From contig JASANG010000266.1 in NCBI GenBank assembly GCA_030248215.1, positions 62,001-126,000 on the forward strand: DNA of 64,000 nucleotides, written 5' to 3'. The position numbers and the translations under genes are program-made. The notes under the pieces were generated by a model that saw only the letters and a list, made by a program, of their open reading frames with translations, made no database searches and had not been told where the DNA came from. Below are positions 13,901-28,335 of this stretch, piece after piece (the first letter of the stretch is position 1; the number at the start of each line of letters is the position of its first letter). Origin of the DNA: Enoplolaimus lenunculus (Eukaryota).

Positions 13901-16900
13901 ACCACAATGATAACAGTAGACAACATTTTCAGCTAAAAGTTTTAGAATCGAAATCTAAATAAGATTTAAAATATTAAATTGATGAATTCAAATTTTTTTA
14001 GCTTTTTCTGTTATGGTCAGTGGCTGGCCGGTTGATTATTGGCAACGGCCGGTGCACAACATAGCTAGAAAACTCATATTCTCGCGCATTCCTGCTGCTA
14101 GATAAAACCTCTGGCCATCGAAGTAGGGTGAAAACTCACACCAGGGTGGTAACAAAGGTTCGGATTCGTATCCGGGTTCGGTTCTGAAAAAACCGAATGA
14201 AAAACCAAATCCAACAGTGTTGGACAATATGTTTTTTCCTTTTTAAACAATAAAATTCAAGTAAATTGTTATATAAATCAATATTTTTATTTCAGGTTAC
14301 AAATCTCAGGACTGAGGTCGAGCTTGAAATATTAATACCAACGTTTAAAGTTATGCTGCAGGCATTACGTTGATATTCTGAAACAAATTATAGATATATT
14401 TGAAATTCGCAACACGCAAGATTCGGATTCAGATTCTACAAATTAGCAATGGATTTGACTTCGGGGTCGGATTCGGTAGAATCGTGGATTCGGTGCCACC
14501 TTAAGAGTGTGTTCAAAGATATTTTTGGAAAATAGCGTGGCCGAAAATGTACGAAAAAGAAAAAAACGGACTCCCGCACGGTCCATTTTCGGATTTCAGA
14601 AAATGTCTAGACTTCGGTGGAATCGTAAGTGACTTCTGTAAGTGTAAATCTAAAAAAGGCGCCGGGCCGAAATTTTGTTTCGTACTTTTGGTACAATTTG
14701 TTTCATTAAAATGTATCACTAAGCTCTGATACATACAATAATTATGGTTAAAAAGGGCATGCTAGTCGGATGGGCCCCGGGCCTCCTAGTCATCTGGGCC
14801 CCAGACCTTCTGGTCATATGGGCTCCGGGCCTCCCACCACCTTAATCCGGCCCTGGTTGCCTATAATTTATGTTCAAGTTGTATTAAAACGCGTACTTCG
14901 ATGGCTATAACTTTTGAACCGTTGGTCATGCAGGTACTGTTGAACTCAGCACGTCGAGATCTATATGATAGGCCACTTTTTGTTAAATTTCTAGGGGGGT
15001 GGAGGCCCAGATTCCGTACCTGCACTCCTCCGCCATACCACTAAACGGCCGGGTTTGGTTTCTCGCTCGATTTACTAACAAGTTCTTGTTACCTATATTT
15101 TGCGAGCCGCCCCACCAAGTTTCTTAATCCGCTCCTTGTTTTATATCTTCCGAAATTCCTGGAGACTGTAAAAAGCACTTTTACTGATTGTAGTCCTGAC
15201 ATCAGATTTTTCTCGCTTGCTACGTTTGCTCGCAAAATACTTCTCTACGCCCTTGGGCGTAGGTCCCGCGTACGGGTCCGGTATCCTATTACTCTGTCAG
15301 TTTCGCAACTACTTCCACCAGTTCGTAAAAACGGTAACAGACAGCGCCAGTGGTTAGGAGGAAACTCATATCGGCTATGAAATATAGAAGTAACCACTCA
15401 GCTAAGCTTTACCGCTCGAAACTTGTTGTCAATACGATATTATAGTTGTCTCTACTTTTCCCCAACACACCATAGCGACTACATACAGTTTGTTTTAGTC
15501 AAATTGTGTTGTATACGCCGACACGATACGTACACAACACAAAGTGAGTGATTTAAAAAAGAAAAAACATTGTGACGGTAGCTGGATGGCTGTTTGTGGA
15601 CAAGAATATATATTTCCTCTCTGCAGGGCACTGGTTCAAACTACACTGTTTCACCGTGATTTCTCTTTCTTTGCAAGCATTTTCGAGTAGGTTTGCAAAT
15701 CTCTAAGTAGTGGCGTCAAAATTTTCCCAGGGTGCGCTAAGTTCCACCTATGTATTAAAACTGTCGGCCGTAAATGACGACAATTTTTGTGACAGACCGA
15801 CATATAAAAGGGGCAGTGAAGAAACATGCGTCAAACAATATTTGGCCATTCACAATTTTTCTTGTTGAATCACTCCTCAGTCCGCGTCCTCGCTGGCTTC
15901 GTTATGATCCGGCACTACTCTTGTATACTTTCCCAAACAGGGTTAGGCTCCGGTATAAACATGTAATTGTAATCAATAACACTCACTTCTGCATGGTAAA
16001 CCATTAAGCCCATCTCGGACGTAGCGCCGGATCAATGATCAAAATATTTTTCAAATTTTTTGTTTAAAATCTTGTGAAGGTGGTGGCCTTTTTGAGTGGG
16101 CCGCCATCTGGGGTATGGGGGTACCGGCTATGGCCCTGCTCGGACGTGCAGGTATACAGGATATATACACAGCCGACTGGACAATTAATAGCCATTCCGA
16201 AAGTTCCGGAATATACAGGGCAAAAACAATTAATAGTTTGACAAGCTTTAATACAATCATAATTATACTGCCAAAAGAGCGCATCGCATGTGTCAATTGG
16301 TTCGGACTGCTGTCTTGCGAAAAAGCTTCCTTGGAAGTAGCCTTATGAAATGTAATTCTGGATATGAATCCAGTGGACGCGCGAGTAAATGTCTCAGTCT
16401 ATTACGATGCTATAGGTTCACAACTTTAAACTGCTAATCAGCGGGGGATCCAGAAACTTCTCACAGGGGATGACCGTGCGATATAAACTGAAAAAGTTCG
16501 AAAACAAACTAAGCAAAAACTATTTTAGTTCGGGAAGCATTATGATCAAAGTAAAATAATTTTTTGACCAAGATTCAGGTTATCGTACAGCTTATCAAGA
16601 GTGCCTGTTTATGTTTGTCTTGAAGTTTGCGAACGCGGTTATTACCCCACTCTCCTCTTCATTGGATACGCCCCTATTTTTAGATCCGCAAGTAAATATA
16701 ACAAATGTTGAAAATCTCTTACGGTGATTTAAATTTAAGTCTCGGTTGGTCGTTGATTTGTTGCTTTTGAAACATCACAGGTTGACGGTACTGTTTGATG
16801 TCAACTTTGCGTCCAGACGACGAACTGTTAGCTGAGCGCTCATTTGCCGCTAGCGTGTTGCAGATCGGAGGCTAAATTCAAAAATAACTTTTTTGACTGG

Positions 16901-19900
16901 AGGTCCACAAATTTTGGCAGAGGCGGAGATGGAACCAAAGGTTGAGCAACAGTTAGGTAATAAAAATGCTTAGTTTGGTAATTCCTTTAGAATAACCAAC
17001 AAAACCAAAAAGTTGGTTTGTAAAGCATTCAAAATTACTACAAGAGGGCAACATTTAATCCCTGACTCCACCTTGTCTCTAAGTTAGGCTTAGGCGTTGC
17101 TAGAAGGCGTAAAAAGTATATATTGAAGCGATAGCGGCTGTGTCCGCACTGCACAACTTACCTGACCCTGCGTGGCCGATAAATAATATTGTATATTGAT
17201 ACTGGCTGTAATTGCTGTTAACGACATAGCTAGGTTTGTCAGCACCCAATATGAGTGCCTGAGACATATTGTTGTTTTTATTGTAAGTTGTTGAGGGGCT
17301 TGAGAGTGTACGGACTAGTCTAGCGGACACTCAGTTGTGGGTGTCGGCTGGAATGCAAATGAGGTCAGGACACCAACTGGTTAACCAGGACAGGAAATCA
17401 TAACTTAAGTTTTGACATCAACAATCAGTTGCGTTTTCAGCGATATTTAATTTTTCAGTTTTCATAAAATTTAACGGAGTAGGCGTGCTTTTCGATTTCT
17501 TTAGGAAATTGCGGGAGTTTGTTAGAGTAAAGATTGTTACGGAAAAGTCGTGCATTTTCAACAGTTCAAAAATCTATATTTTTTCATGTTTTAATAGTGT
17601 GTAAAAGCGGCGCGATGAGTTGAATTACGTCGTTTTTTGCGTTCGATGACTGGTTTAGCTCAGCTAATTTACCATTAATTCGTGAATTACTTTTGCTTAA
17701 TAAGAACCGAAATTGTTAAGAATAATATAAATACAAGATTTGCCACTCTACACAACAACAAAACACTGCCAAAACGGATTTGAAACGCAAAACTTTAGCC
17801 TTCTCAAAATTACCGTAATGCCGTTACAATTATCGTCATCCCTGATGCATAGTTGAATGGTGCATCCAAAAAACAATTGAGCACTATCGGCATATTTGAA
17901 AACGTTCGTCGCAACATATGCTATTGCTCCAGTTTCGGCGTATGTCAACTGTGGAACCAAATGGTCATCAACAGCGCAGCTGAAGTGAAAAAAAGGAAGC
18001 TAGGAGCGTATTAAGATATGGGAAAGAAAGGTCGCGGCTTCGTCATTGCGAACCGAAATTTGTCTGGTTGAGATTTAACTCATTGAGTTATTAAATAATT
18101 GCTAAATTGCAATGACGCAACTTTAGTCGACCTATGAGTTAAGTAGATTTTTGAATTTGAAGTTGAAAATAAACTGAAGTTTAAAGGATGAGGGCTTCTA
18201 TAAATCCGCATACCTCAGTCGAAAGTTAGTTATCTCATCGCACAGTGTATTGATATTTGTCAGATAGGAAACACAACTTAATCGATGTTACCCAAACTGT
18301 ACTATTTCGGAGCTTCTATATCTATCTCTGCAGTGAGATAAAAAAACTACCCTGGGAAATGTGCAAATTATAGAAATCTTTGACTTTTAAACTAAAGAAC
18401 GCGACTAAGGTAGACTCAGTCTAGCTAGAATCTTTATTGAAAATCAACAATTTATTAATGCAAATTCCACAATATCATGCTTACACCAGATCATTCTTGG
18501 TTACAAGATTTTTTGCCAAACTCAAACAATAAGTTTTTGGCCAACATGTGCAGATTCTATTTTTTTAACATTTGAAGCTTTTGTACTGTGTACCCTTGCT
18601 TATTATGTGTTATAAAATGTTGAAAGGATTAAAATAGTCGTGTGAGTTTCTTGGGATATTTTTGGCCGCAGACTAACGTCTTTGTATTTATAACGTCTAT
18701 CTTTTTAAAAAAACGGAAAAAAACTGTTTTTTCAGGTCGATTCAATTTTCCCGAAAAAATAACTCTGATCCTACCCTTCTTCGTCGACCAGATGAAACTT
18801 CTTCCCTTTTCCGTCATCAACGTAGCAATTTTTCACCAAAATGTCATAGATTGAAACCGCTTCTGAAATTCAAATATAACGTATTAACCTACGTTTCAAT
18901 AACTAACGCACTGTGTACCGATCGATATGTATAAAAAGTGAAACTTTCAACGCTAAGCCAGACGCTTAACCCTCTCGTTGGAGAGGCCCACAAAAAATAA
19001 ATTTTAAAAATCCCACTATACAGTGCATAAACGTTTTTAGAAGTTTGAATATATGTTGGCAGAAATTGCGTATATTTTTAAACTAACAGGTACGAATGGA
19101 TTTAGGAAAGGATTTAGGATTAGATTCGTTTCACCAGCCAAGGAAACATGTGTGACTAGAACGGATTTAGGGGAGGATTTAAGATTAGATTCGTTTCACC
19201 AGCCAATGAAATATGTTTGACTAGAATGGATTTAGGGGAGGATTTAAGATTAGATTCGTTTCACCAGCCAAGGAAACATGTGTGACTAGAATGGATTTAG
19301 GGGAGGATTTAAGATTAGATTCGTTTCACCATCCAAGGAAACATGTGTGACTAGAACGGATTTAGGGGAGGATTTAAGATTAGATTCGTTTCACCAGCCA
19401 ATGAAACATGTGTGACTAGAATGGATTTAGGGGAGGATTTAAGATTAGATTCGTTTCACCATCCAAGGAAACATGTGTGACTAGAATGGATTTAGGGGAG
19501 GATTTAAGATTAGATTCGTTTCACCATCCAAGGAAACATGTGTGACTAGAATGGATTTAGGGGAGGATTTAAGATTAGATTCGTTTCACCATCCAAGAAA
19601 ACATGTGTGACTAGAATGGATTTAGGGGAGGATTTAAGATTAGATTCGTTTCACCATCCAAGGAAACATGTGTGACTAGAATGGATTTAGGGGAGGATTT
19701 AAGATTAGATTCGTTTCACCATCCAAGAAAACATGTGTGACTAGAATGGATTTAGGGGAGGATTTAAGATTAGATTCGTTTCACCATCCAAGGAAACATG
19801 TGTGACTATAATGGATTTAGAGGAGGATTTAGTATTAGATTCGTTTCACCAGCCAATGAAACATGTGTGACTAGGATTACGGTCGCTTCTCGCAAGGTTT

Positions 19901-22900
19901 CCTTCGCTGTTTAATCCTTTTTCTCAACACTTCAAACTGAAGTTTTGTACTAAAGATAAATAATAGTTTGTCCAGCTTCTCGGTCGGTTCGCGCCGCGAA
20001 CATTTTTCCATTTGCTGCTTTGGGTGTTCATTCCAAAAACTTCTCCTGCCAAATGTTCTCTCAATGCCTAAGTTATCTGTTGCTACCTATACGAACTAAA
20101 CAGCATAAGTTCGTGTTCGCGGGGGAAGGCCACAAACCTTCAATTGCGTTTAAATACTGGATTACCAATGCATTTCAGACCGTTGGGTTCATTCATGGTT
20201 AAGGCTTAAGCAAAGGCTTACGTAAAGGCTTCGGTTTAACACGGTTAGCTTAGCCTAAAATACTATATCTAAGCCTAGCCGTAAATGTAGCGAAAGTGTA
20301 CAGGACTGGACATTTGCTCACCTGCACCGCAATCCCATACATGATATGCAGTTTCGCCAATTTTCGCAGATCGCACACGTGGACCATCAAAACTACCGCG
20401 ACGAATTTGATAAGTGCATTTTGGAAGCGGAGCTCTTTGGTCTATACGTTCTGTTGGCATCATGCTGCAGAACACTCCTTTATATTATCATTTTCGTTCA
20501 ACGGTATTAACTTGTTCTTCACTTAAGGGTGGAGCTATACTTTTAATGACGTCCGACGCCGTCCGTCACTTTACGTTTGTCGTGCGGTACCGTCCCGTGC
20601 CGTCCGCCACCCTCGGTCACCGTACGTAGCCTTGCAGCATCGTGCATGACTTACTCACGTACGATACCGTATGGTAACGGACAGGGACGGACGACGCTGT
20701 ACGACATGCGTTGCACCTCTCTAACTCGTAGCCGAAAGTATAACATTAGGGTTACGCTATACTCCACTGTGCCGCGCGCACCAACGCCACTAAACGCTGA
20801 TAACTAAAATATAGGCAATATCTGTTTGGTGGCATGCGGTGGCGTGCTGCGGCGTCCGGCGATGCACGAAAAGCATAGCGCAACCTTAAACTATTCAATT
20901 TCAAAGTGATTATTAAAGTATTTTAAACTTGTACGTATGTATTTCATATGGACGAGTCACAGTTTTTTTGCGCGTTATGCTATGCGCAGTTTGGGTAGAT
21001 TTTGACCCAGCGTGCATTGATGGCGTACTAAAATGATATCGTGTCGCGTAAATCTAAACCTAAGGCATAAAGTGCATGTTTACAACTTTCGGTATTGTTT
21101 GGGTATTGCTCGATACATCGACGGCCATTAGTATTAATTTCAATTAAACGTTTGGTAACGGTTTAAATTTCGAGAAATTGAAATGTTATGCGGGATTGTA
21201 AAGCGTTAATATGAACCTTGGCGTAAGACTAAGTGCATTAGGCAAAGGCCTAAAGAATTACAACTTTGTTTCTTAAGCTTGCACCATAAAAAATATTCGA
21301 TGCCAGAGCTGTTAGTATTTCAATTCAGTATCTATATATAGCTGACAAAACAAAAACAGTGTTAAAATCACACACTAAGTTTTGCTTACGCTTTGACTTA
21401 GGCTTAGGCTTAGGTTTTTTATTAGGTTTAGGTTTACACGTTTTTCAACGATTTGGCTTGCTTTGAAAATGCATAATTACAATGGCGGAAATGTTTACGC
21501 GACGCGACTTCCCTTTTCAAAATCCTGGCCACGCCCATGTTTACACACCTAATAGCCATTTCTTGTTGAACTGAATTGTCAGATTCCATATAAAAACAAC
21601 GTATTCGATACGCACGATCAACTTGTGTAATGAATAGCGGATGGAAGCTGACCACAGTTGTAAAATAATATTCCACACCTCTTGGTTGAAGCTACAATAT
21701 AAAAATACTGTACTGTTCTTTTGCTTACAAAAAATCTTAAGCCTATAATATAAAGCTAAGTGCAAAGATATAAAAACGGCTGTCTAAAACTACATTAATG
21801 CTTGTTTCTCGGACAGGTAAAAGTATTGATCTTGATTGCATTTTCAGTTGATTCTTAATTGTACAGCGTTCAGCGCCGCAACAGGAAATTGTTTGTAGCA
21901 GGGAATATAAGATCATTTTTATAAGGAGCAATAAAAACTTTTCGAAATACGAAATTCTTTCAATAAATCATCAAGAAATTTTGTAATTTTGGGCAGATTG
22001 CGAAACTGTAAACGGACAGCGTTCCTTCCGTGTCGCTTCACCCACGTAGTGGCGGCGTTGATTGTACTTTCAGAAACTGGTCGGGAAAGTTAAGGCGTTT
22101 ACCGTTCGTTTTCGTCGCATATTACACTGTCCAAAACTGAGCTCAAAAGTTATTTTAGATCCACCAAATTCCAATGTTTCCGTTGAAATTCGTGCCGAAT
22201 TGTTCTTAATTTGATTGTTGATAGTTTGTTCTTGAAATTCGCTTGCTATGTTGTTGTTGTTGTTCTTGTTGTTGTTGCGCACTAGAATAAATTGAGATCC
22301 AACATTGGACGATGACTTGTCCAGGTCGCTGCCACCAGTAGACGAAGACGACAACTGATTGGTTGAAATTGTTTCTTCGCGCGCAACACTGGCTGGCTGT
22401 TCTTCGAGTTGTACTTGAAAGCTGACCGTAGGCGTTTGACTATTGGTCGAACAGCCGTCAGTATCTGATTCGCCTTTGATAAACATTCGACCAGCGAATA
22501 GTTTTTCTGTATCGACATCGACTCGGATTGAATGAATGCCACATATGACGTCAGGATGGCCTGCAATACTACTTCTGCACTTAGGTTTGTGTTGCTTGTT
22601 CTTGAATAACCAGCTGCACCTCTGGTTGATACCATTAATACAAGAATGAATATTCTTGCACCCGGGGACGGGGAGCGGCTGTTATGCTGTTTTTCCTGAG
22701 AGAACTAGCAGCTGCAATATGCATTCGGAACTTTGCAACACAAATTTTGAAAAGCTTGCAAACAAAACTTTCAGATGTGAGTGGCAGCTGCAATTTCCGA
22801 CTGCCAAAACTTGCATGTTTCATTCATGAGCGTTTAAATTAAAATACACCTTTAAAACCTTGGCCCGTATTCTCAAATGAGAATAATATCTATCACCAGT

Positions 22901-25049
22901 TATAGCGATAGGTTGTCTAAACTTACGAACTTCTGCAATTGCGGAGCTAAAAATTGGCACACAAATGGAACAAATCAAACGCGAAAAATGTGATGAATTT
23001 CAAACTTCATTATGCACTGGTTCGCAAGTTACAAGACCAATCATCAACTGGTGATAGGTGCTACACACATTTAAAAATACGGGCTCTTATGATAGTTCAG
23101 TTAATATATGCAAAGATGAAGTTGGATTATTCAAATCTGCGGTCTTGACACCGCCAGCAACCATGTAGTAGCTATACAAATGTACCATTGGCACTGGTAA
23201 ATCCAGCATCTCTCAACAACCAGAATCAAAGTTGTACTTCGATTTATAATCAAGATATATTAACCCCATCAGATGCAGATAAACAGAACAGTTTGTGCAA
23301 GCGAGAAGCCAGGTGCATTTTTTTAAATATATATACAAAATATTACTTTCGGGTAAGTTCAAACGAGACCTTTTATTCTTTCCCAGATTTCTAATTGAGG
23401 ATTTTGCTTAGTTGGGTAAGAAGTATATACAGTTTATTTTGCAGACACTGAACTGTTGATTATCACTTTAAGTGTAATATTTTAAAAAAAATAGAAAATT
23501 TGCACACCCGTTTAGAAGAGAATACATTTAAGAGTGCCGTGACCTACCTACCACTCAACCGGATGAGGGCGTGGCGTCTGGGAGTGGAGCGTTTGGTGAG
23601 GGGTTAGAGATGGGAACCGAACTTGGTTTTAGTACCTATTTAAAATTCGTATCATAAATATACGTAACATCACTTGGAAATAAAATTTTGTATCACTTAA
23701 ACTCACTGTATATATGTAAATTGTAAATCAAATTGTTCAAAGACACCAACCAGAGCGTAACCGGATATCCTTTTTTGTTTTAATTTCCGGTAGAAATCTA
23801 TGTTATTTTTCGTTTCAGTTGCACTGATCGAAAATTCCGTCATTTCATTGTTTATGCTCATTAGTTGTACACTGCAAAAAATGGTGAGTAAAACTGACTC
23901 TCTCCGAAATAGGCGCTACGGGACTATACAAACTGAGCCAAATTTGACTCAGCCAGAGTCAAATTTGATTCGCAGAGTCGCATGTTTGACACTGGCAGAG
24001 TCGAATTTGACTTAGTTTATGTAGTCCCGTAGAGGCTGTTTCGGAAAGAGACACTTTGACTCACCATTTTTTGCAGTGTAAAATCATACATTTTATGCTG
24101 CAGTGCTACACGAGAAAAATTGGCGAAATTCATGTAAAAAATGTTACAAAAACTTGGGCGTATTCGAACTTTTTCTTAGAAATTTTAGAAAGCTGGGCGA
24201 ATAAATAAGATTTGCATTGCTCAATAGTATTGCTAGAAAAATAAAACGCGTTTAAGATTTTTTAATACTTCAATATCTGTTTTCCGTTTTCGTTATATTG
24301 AACATTTTATTCGTTTACCATTTCCATTGCTTTTTCTATTCGTTTACAGACTGATAGCAATTCGTCAATGTTTACTACAATTGCATTTTAAATAATTTAG
24401 AAAAAATTGACCTGTTCAAAAAATACAGTGTCAGAAATGGTCTCACAACTGTATAGAAACTGATTTGGAACAAAAAACTATTCAAAGTTGTTGTATTTTC
24501 GATTACCTTTTACACTGTTATCGATGATAAGAGCTTCGTTCAAACGCATCTAAAAATGTAAATAAACTACAGCTTTCTGTCCACTATATATATCGATAAT
24601 TGCACCCAGCACATTATATGTATCCGGATTTATGGGTTAAGCTTATGCTTATCGTTGAAAATAACCTTTCTAACGGTGCTGGCTACGGCCCCAACCAGCT
24701 ATTTTTCGCAAATCTGTGACGTTCAAATATCACAGTTTACAGCGCTCAAACTCAGCACTTAGCTTCGTCTCCGATTTGCGGTTAAGATACTCATGATTTC
24801 TGCACTAAATATATATAAGTTGTGCTTTAGCAACTACGGTTACTGCGCTTTGTGTGTACCTTGTGGATAATACGTCCAGTGCTTAGCCAAACATCCTCGT
24901 ATAGCAATATGAGGTTGGTGTGGAATACCTGCACCAATTAGATTCAATTAATTCATTTGAGGTTTGCTTATACAAGCTGTTTTTGGCACACGTGAAAAGG
25001 GCAAACTTACCGCAGCAAACAAAATGATGAAGATTCCGCATTTGGGCAT
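10914..25049 (-). CDS. Cuticlin (CUT-1-like ZP-domain cuticle protein), 11 exons, about 615 aa
   Basis: Phase-consistent exons 25049-25011, 24549-24507, 22560-22103, 21691-21549, 20464-20322, 18862-18775, 17979-17814, 16871-16723, 12708-12489, 11761-11647, 11197-10914. Contains signal peptide MPKCGIFIILFAA, IDNSVKGHPDVICG, VSFHPLFITQVDRAYRIRCFY, HVWDC, LVKNCYVDDG, VFKYAD, GITPPIC, furin site RVKR and a C-terminal transmembrane helix after VCISSVGF. Confidence 0.93.
13045..14855. mobile_element. 1.8-kb non-autonomous hAT-like element in a cuticlin intron, with a nested MITE at about 14142-14503
   Basis: TIRs CAGCCCCGGATTAA/TTAATCCGGCCCTG. Perfect 8-bp TSD GTTGCCTA at 13037-13044 and 14856-14863. 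Confidence 0.8.
19094..19875. repeat. 65-bp minisatellite, about 12 near-identical copies, in a cuticlin intron
   Basis: TCGTTTCACC recurs every 65 bp (for example 19191, 19256, 19321, 19386, 19451). No unique spacers between units. Confidence 0.95.
20527..20885. mobile_element. PIF/Harbinger-like (Tourist-type) MITEs; related copy at about 39416-39665
   Basis: Ends GGGTGGAGCTATAC / (G)CATAGCGCAACC with TWA-type flanks, and GC-rich CCGTC-type internal repeats. Confidence 0.55.
23870..24078. mobile_element. Palindromic TA-flanked MITE
   Basis: Perfect TIR CACTGCAAAAAATGGTGAGT/ACTCACCATTTTTTGCAGTG with TA on both sides. The interior is also largely an inverted repeat. Confidence 0.85.
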
Positions 25050-26310
25050 TTTTATAAATATATCATGGAACCTATGATCATTAAGCATCATGTGAGTTAA
25101 CTTCAAAATGCCTGGTTGAGATTAACTAATATCAAATAGTCCATTATAATTGTTTATTAATGTTTTCTAACAATACTTGTTTTATTGATAAAACCTATTT
25201 TCTTGGTGTCAAAATCATGATAATACGTCTTCAGTTAAAAATATAAATTCAATAACGAAAAAATACAGGATTTACAATTTCAGAGACGAAAAATAAAAAA
25301 CACGAAACGCTGTGCTAAAGATGAGCTTATAGTGCAAGAGTTTACATTTTTGATGATAACGGATTAATTTGTTTCTTCTTAAACATTCCATTTTCATAAA
25401 CAAACTTACTTTTAACAACGTGAAAAACGTGAGATGGCCGGCGCGTAATAAACCATCTACGTCACGAGTAAAGATGTGTCACACGAATGGTCAGCATTTC
25501 GGACGTACATAGTATTTAAATTTGAACGCTTGTCTGTTAAAAAAATAAGTAGTTTCAAGTACAAAGATCACAAGTTGTCTACTCTCAGGGACCGAATAAA
25601 CTCTTAAATAGAAAAGGATACCAGTAAATGGTTAATCACCTTCTGAAAAAATCATGCCCAACGCAAAAAATTACCTTGTGTTTGCAAATTGTGTAAAATG
25701 CCTGCATGAGAGTGCATGCAAATAAAGTCTCGCATATCACTGCCGTGTATAAAATTGTTAACACATTGAAATTTTGTAATGGTTGTTATCTATACCTATA
25801 AGGCCGAACCTTGCCATGTCTATTACGGCGGTAAATGAGCATCGTTGTGTTCGACTTCGACCTGTATTCAATGGCCAATTTAAAGAACAGGGACGGAACA
25901 GTAGTATAAGCTTATTCCAAAGCCTAAGCCTAAACGAAAGACTAAGTTTAAGAATGAGTTTATACGTACGCCCAATTTTAAGCCTAAGCAAAAACATTAG
26001 TCTGAAGCTTAAGTTTATTCTATTGCAGTGCAGCCCCAAAGAAAAACGTGCCGCCCCTGACCTTTGCATAGGCCATTCAATTATACCTACTGTTGGTGTG
26101 TCAAATATGCAGTTTGTGGTGTATAGTGTAACATCTGTCGACGTTGCAATTAACACATGCCGATTAGTATTGGCCTGAATAGCAGGTTGGCCTACGAGAT
26201 ACAATAAACGGAATTTTGAAAATGGTATTAAAAAGAAATTATATAGCAGAAACACACACGAGTAGCATGTTTAAATACCTTTGATGCGTCTCGAGAAATG
26301 TTTTTAATTA

Positions 26311-26758
26311 TTGTAGTGACCCAAATAAGAGGGTGTGGTGTAATAAGAGCGGGGTCCCCGTTTTGAGTCCCAATTAGGAGTCCGTATCCCTAATAAGAGT
26401 CCGTAAGCGGATTGAGTCCCTAAATCCTAATTAGAGTCCATGAAGGTCAGTTATTCCTAATTGTAGTGCATAAATGACTGCAGGAGCAAATAAAGTTGAG
26501 TTCGAATCTTTAAGGCGGACTTAAATTTTGAAAGTACATTCCTAAGTATACCTTGCATGATCGCTGACGCTATTGACGCAAGACAAATAACCGTTTAATT
26601 CAACGGATAGTTGCTGTAAGTACACGATTATATATCAGTAACGAAGGGTGGCGGAGCGTAGGTTAAAAATAAATAATAGTCCGCAACTGGATAACAAGGG
26701 GGTACCCTCTGGAGAGGCCAAATAAATATCAGTCCCCCTCTTATTCAGTTCAATACAG
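26311..26758. mobile_element. Tc1/mariner-like MITE (CTGTAGTGACCCGAATAAGAG family)
   Basis: Same TIR and core as 46055-46496, 59756-60145 and about 27590-28020. Partial copies near 3985 and 52875. Confidence 0.75.
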
Positions 26759-28335
26759 TATATGGCGATGAAAATGTTAATTTTAATCAGTCCAACTTTT
26801 AGTAAGTACCTTAATCACCATTTGAACACTTTTTGTTCCACATCTTTTACTTTTGAATTTTGGTACAAAATTTTTGGCAACTATAAACTGCAGAACAATG
26901 ATGAGTATGGGATGCTACGTAGAAGACGAAAATAGATCGCTGTCAGGAACATACAAAAAACTATAATCAGTTTAGTTTTTGTAATATATTAAATTCTTTT
27001 ATTTTGCAAATTGCAGGAACGTTGCTTTTCTTATATACAAAGCTGTTAAGACTAAAATGTAGCAATACGCACTAAACCGCTATACTTTGGAGCAAACGGT
27101 GTCTGAATGTTTAACTAAAAGCAAAAACACCAGCGTATGCGCACACATCCCTGACGTATCGAACAAGATGCAAGGGTTACAGCGCAATGTGCAGTTTCAA
27201 CACTCACATTTCCGAACAATAATAATTGTGTTTAGTTTACAATTTCTGCCAAATTTTGGTTTTTGAATATTTAAAATAATAAACGTGGCGCATAAAGCCG
27301 AAAAAATTTAGTTAACTTTTTTAGTTGATTTCTTTGTTTTTATAACCTAAAACTTAACTGCCAAGTTTCAGAATAATTTTTTGGGTCAGCTGGAAATATA
27401 AAATAGTTAAACCTTTTTAGGCACAATTGTGTTATTATGATCTTTGTATTTTTTTATTGAGCCAGATGGGTTCGGAGGCAAAGAGATGCCAAGAGCTCAG
27501 CTTGCGACCTACTTAAAGTTAATAAAAATATGTGTTCTTTCCGGTTTCTTAGGACCATACTGCACACCCGCTTTTGCATATCGCTATATACGGTAATAAT
27601 CCAAGTAAGTGTGGCGTGGAGGATAATAAGAGGGGGTCCCGTTTTGACTCTCAATAAAAGTCAGCAATCCTAACTACATCCGGTGTGTGGTTAGAGTCCA
27701 TAAGCCCTATTAATTGAAGTTCATAAAAGAGAATCAAACACAATGGCTTAAACTGTTAAACTATGTAGCAGACACTCACACAACCAGATATTTTTTTAAA
27801 TTCAGAAACAGATAACGGACATGGTAAGCAATGAAAAATGCTTTGGGGCAAGTCAGTTTTGCCCAAAAGATGGAATATAAAAAAGGCGGGAGTAGGGTTC
27901 GATCAACAAGGGGTGAAGTAAAAGTAAATAATAGTCCGCCACCAAATAACAAGGGGAAAAACTGGCGCGGCGAGGTAAATTATAAACATCAGTCCCTACC
28001 TCTTATTCGGGTCACTACAGTACGCCGTGTGGACTCCTGGATACAAACTGGAGAATGTTGCAGATTGAGTCTGTTGAGTCATAATGTACTTAATTAATTG
28101 GCCAATGTCAATTACAGGGGCCTACCAATTGAAAAGTTGTCCGACTGGATGACTTAGACACTGAGAGGCTTAAGCTTAGGCCTTGACCTAGGTTTAGGCC
28201 TATGTATAGGCTTACGTTTAGGGTTAGACATAATTAACGAGGGCCAATTATGTAAACCTTATTTTCTTATCAAGATATAGAAAGTAATATATGTCGTTAG
28301 TTTTGTAACTATCGTTCATTCCTGCGTGCCATAGA

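Noticed and set aside
13300..13950. Remnant hAT transposase (TAFPHVTCAL-like peptide on the minus strand)
   Set aside because: Only a few residues resemble the hAT dimerisation region and the frames contain many stops. It cannot be supported without a search.
19094..19875. CRISPR-like array or ribozyme-bearing satellite
   Set aside because: The units are contiguous with no unique spacers, the context is a eukaryotic intron, and no CUGANGA hammerhead core was seen on either strand.
21395..21435. True telomere or chromosome-fusion scar
   Set aside because: Only a few degenerate TTAGGC units, explained by dispersed repeats.
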